DNA from: Mesotaenium endlicherianum
Lineage: Eukaryota
Length of the DNA: 50,645 nucleotides
NCBI GenBank assembly: GCA_009602735.1
Contig: WELA01002573.1
Span: 62,001-112,645, forward strand
Reading direction: 5' to 3'
Shown: one piece after another, positions 47,991 to 50,645 of the stretch
Position numbering within the stretch: position 1 is the stretch's first letter
Layout: every line of letters starts with the position of its first letter
The notes under the pieces: generated by a model
The model's input: only the letters and a program-made list of their open reading frames with translations
What the model was told of the DNA's origin: nothing
Database searches by the model: none
Position numbers and translations under genes: made by a program

Positions 47991-50645
47991 CACATGTGGC
48001 TCGCACGGCAGTCCAGCAGACCGCCATGTGGCACTGTCAGGACGCACAGTTGCTGCCACCTGTCGCGCTGGGCGCGGTCAGTCTGGTGCGAGGCCGCGTG
48101 GGCCAGCTGGTCGAGAACGGGACGCTGAGTCAAGTAGGGGTGCGGGTCAAAGTAGGCCCGCTGGCGTGCGCGCATGTCTGCAGAAGGTACTGTGCAAACG
48201 GAGCGCTCGAAGCTGTCGACCTCCTGCGGGGATCGAACCAGCCGGCGAGGGGCCAGCTGGACTCGCGGCCGGGGCTGCCCTCGTGGGACGGGCGCGTCCC
48301 GGGGCTGCCGAGACTAGACATGAGCCGTGTGCGTGCGGCGGCCGTAAAGGGGTGACGATTGGGCGGCCTGCTGTTGGTGCGGGCCACCTTGGGAGGAGGT
48401 GACCCGGAGGGACCGCGGTTAGCGATGTGGCTGCGAGGGACGTTGACGCGCGGAGCTGTAGGGGCCAGCATCACGAAATGCGCCTCGGAAGAAGACTGAG
48501 CGTCGTCGCCAGCTGAGAGGGACCGGAAGGGCGGAGTGCGGCGTCGGTCTCGAGGGTCGTCGTATGGCGGCGTGTCCCCGTGGGTCCGCGTGTCGTCATA
48601 AGGAGGTGTGCGGTCCCTGTCGTCGTAGGGCGGCGTGACGGAGCGGGCGCGCGTCTCGCGGAGGGGAGTCACCTCTCGCGCCTCGCAAAAGGGGTGTGAG
48701 CGATCGGGAGCGGCTCGTGTCGCGGAGAGGGGTGGTCTCTCGAGCGGGTCCGATGGTCGGCCAAGTGCGATGTGCGTAGGTCAGATGGGCGCAGATAGAC
48801 GGGGTCGTGCGGTGTGGCTCGCGGACGCTGACTCTGGACGTTGGCTGCTGCATGGAGTGTGTGCCAGCGCTAGAGGAGGCCGCGGCAGCATGGCTCGTCG
48901 CAAACAAATGTGCGATGCGGCGGCATTCGTCGCTCGTTGAGCAGTCGTGTGACACTGGTTGGCTGGGTCCGGCGGCGTCGGTGCGAGCCCTGTTGGGCCA
49001 GTTGTGAGTCATGGGCTGGCTGGGTGCGCTGAAGGTGGGCGGACCAGTAGGTGTGCGCTGCCTGCGTGCCGTAGGCGCAGCTGGCGGGGGCTCCTCGGGT
49101 GGCGCCGCGCTGAGGGCCTCGACGGAAGCCTCTGGCAGTCGTTCCCACTGCGTCTCCTCCTCACTTTTGTGGGACTGGTCGTCGGATCTGCCAGGACAAG
49201 CCGCCTGCCGCATGGCCTCGTCTTCGGATGCCGTGGGCCGAGGCCAGGTCTTGCCGGTCTAATGCGAGGTGGCGTGCGGGGGCGGCTGAGAGTCCATACT
49301 GTACTGAATGGCCACGCCAACAGGCACGTCGTGGCGAACGCGGACGTCGGTCTTCGCGGACGGTTTGCCTCGAGTGGCCGAGACCCCCCCCTGATGAGTC
49401 GTAGGCGCTGCGACTGCACCGCGGGCAAGGGCGGCGGCAGCGATGGCTGTGCTGGCCGTGGCGAGGGCCTCAGTGGCATCATCCGCCATCTGCCGCATCA
49501 TCGCGCTGTGGGCAGTGCAGATGCGGATCTGCTCCCTGGCCTGGGCTGCCAGGACATCCGCCTGCTGCTGCGGCGTGAGATGGAGCTCGGCACTAGGTAG
49601 GTCCGGCTCCTCGTCCTGTGACTCGAGCAGGTCCACCCCCACAGAGATCTCCTTGTCCTCGGGCCCGTCCTTATTGGTCTTGACCACTGGCCGGCCATCG
49701 TCCAGCCCCATGAGCCATAAAGAGCGGACACTGCTGGGCGGCGATCGACAGTGTCAAGGGGCAAGGATGCGATGCGCGTCCCCCCTGTCCTCCGTTCGGG
49801 GCGATAGAAGACGCGCTCTGCCCAATTGTCGGCCGCGGCGCCAATGGGAAAGAGCACGTCCTGCCCTAGGAGTACATCGAAGGACTCGAAAGGAGTGACG
49901 AGTGCGTGCCGATGGATGGTCGTCTCATCTGCCGTGCCTGGGCGCAGAGTGAACAATAGCGCCAACCTCGTGCGGCCGGCAACGGTCTCGGACGTACCGG
50001 CGGCGGTGTTAATGCGCGTCGGAGAGTCCTCCAAGTCAGCAGAAGAGAGTCCCTGCTGACGGAAGTAGCGGAGGCTGATGAGGACCGGCTGCGCTCCTGT
50101 GTCGAACATGATGCGCTGCGGCACCTGGGTGTTGACGAGCACGATCCCCTGCAAATTATCCAAAAACGCGGCGTTAGGAGTGCTGATCATCCTGCGCTCA
50201 TGCGCAGGGCGCGCGGGCGTGGATCGCACCGCGGTGGCGGCATCGGCTGTCGGTCTCCTGGCGGCGGTGCGCAGCGTGGCTCTGCGTGACTGGAGCATCA
50301 GCTGAGCGGCCTGCCTCGTTGCCTCCATGGAGACGCCGAGCTCTGCAAAGGAGACCGCCGGCATGCGGTGCAGCGGTAGAGAGATGACCTCCGCGCTGAG
50401 CTGTACCGTCGTCATAGGTGAAGCGAGCGCATGAGGCGTCGGCTCAGCTGAGATCGTGGAGGGATCTAGGATGCAGAAGGAACGGGGCAGCCGCGGTGTC
50501 TCCTCTGTCCGGCGTCCTTGATCTGGCCCGACGCGCTTCTGCGGAACAACGGGCCGACTGGCCGGTGCGGCGAGCGTGTGCTTGCGGCTCGCGCGCCCGA
50601 CTGTGGAGCGGTTGCCGAGTGGCTGCGCGCGTGCGCAGCAGGCCA
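47991..50645 (-). mobile_element. GC/CpG-rich retroelement fragment with a retropepsin protease followed by low-complexity coding sequence
   Basis: ORF 49498-50415 has IMFDTGAQPVLIS...FDVLLGQDVL; abrupt rise in GC near 47995; no RT in the window. Confidence 0.7.

Noticed and set aside
47890..49898. Many overlapping plus-strand ORFs
   Set aside because: Expected from stop-codon scarcity in GC-rich DNA; the recognisable protease is on the minus strand

Overview
Eukaryotic, almost entirely transposon-derived window; no intact host gene, RNA gene or CRISPR array is recognisable. It is a deep nest of decayed elements. There are four copies (A +, B -, C +, E -) of one chromodomain Ty3/gypsy lineage, and a second chromovirus family (full-length F with TSD, a solo LTR, and relative G). 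Also present are a PHD-finger Ty3/gypsy integrase remnant (H), a Ty1/copia element with non-matching flanks, nested solo LTRs with TSDs, a piggyBac-like DNA transposon, a GC-rich retropepsin fragment and a ~5 kb decayed region of unknown origin. Element types suggest a green-lineage (algal or early streptophyte) host, which is inference. The best candidate for a new system is in the A/C/E lineage: a conserved ~555-aa sense-strand third ORF (not env-like) between pol and the 3' LTR. It is preceded by a CpG-rich segment, a conserved hairpin, two PPT copies and ~10-bp-phased TGACAG repeats. The lineage also has a clear -1 frameshift signal and a conserved LTR stem-loop. All alignments and counts were done by eye.
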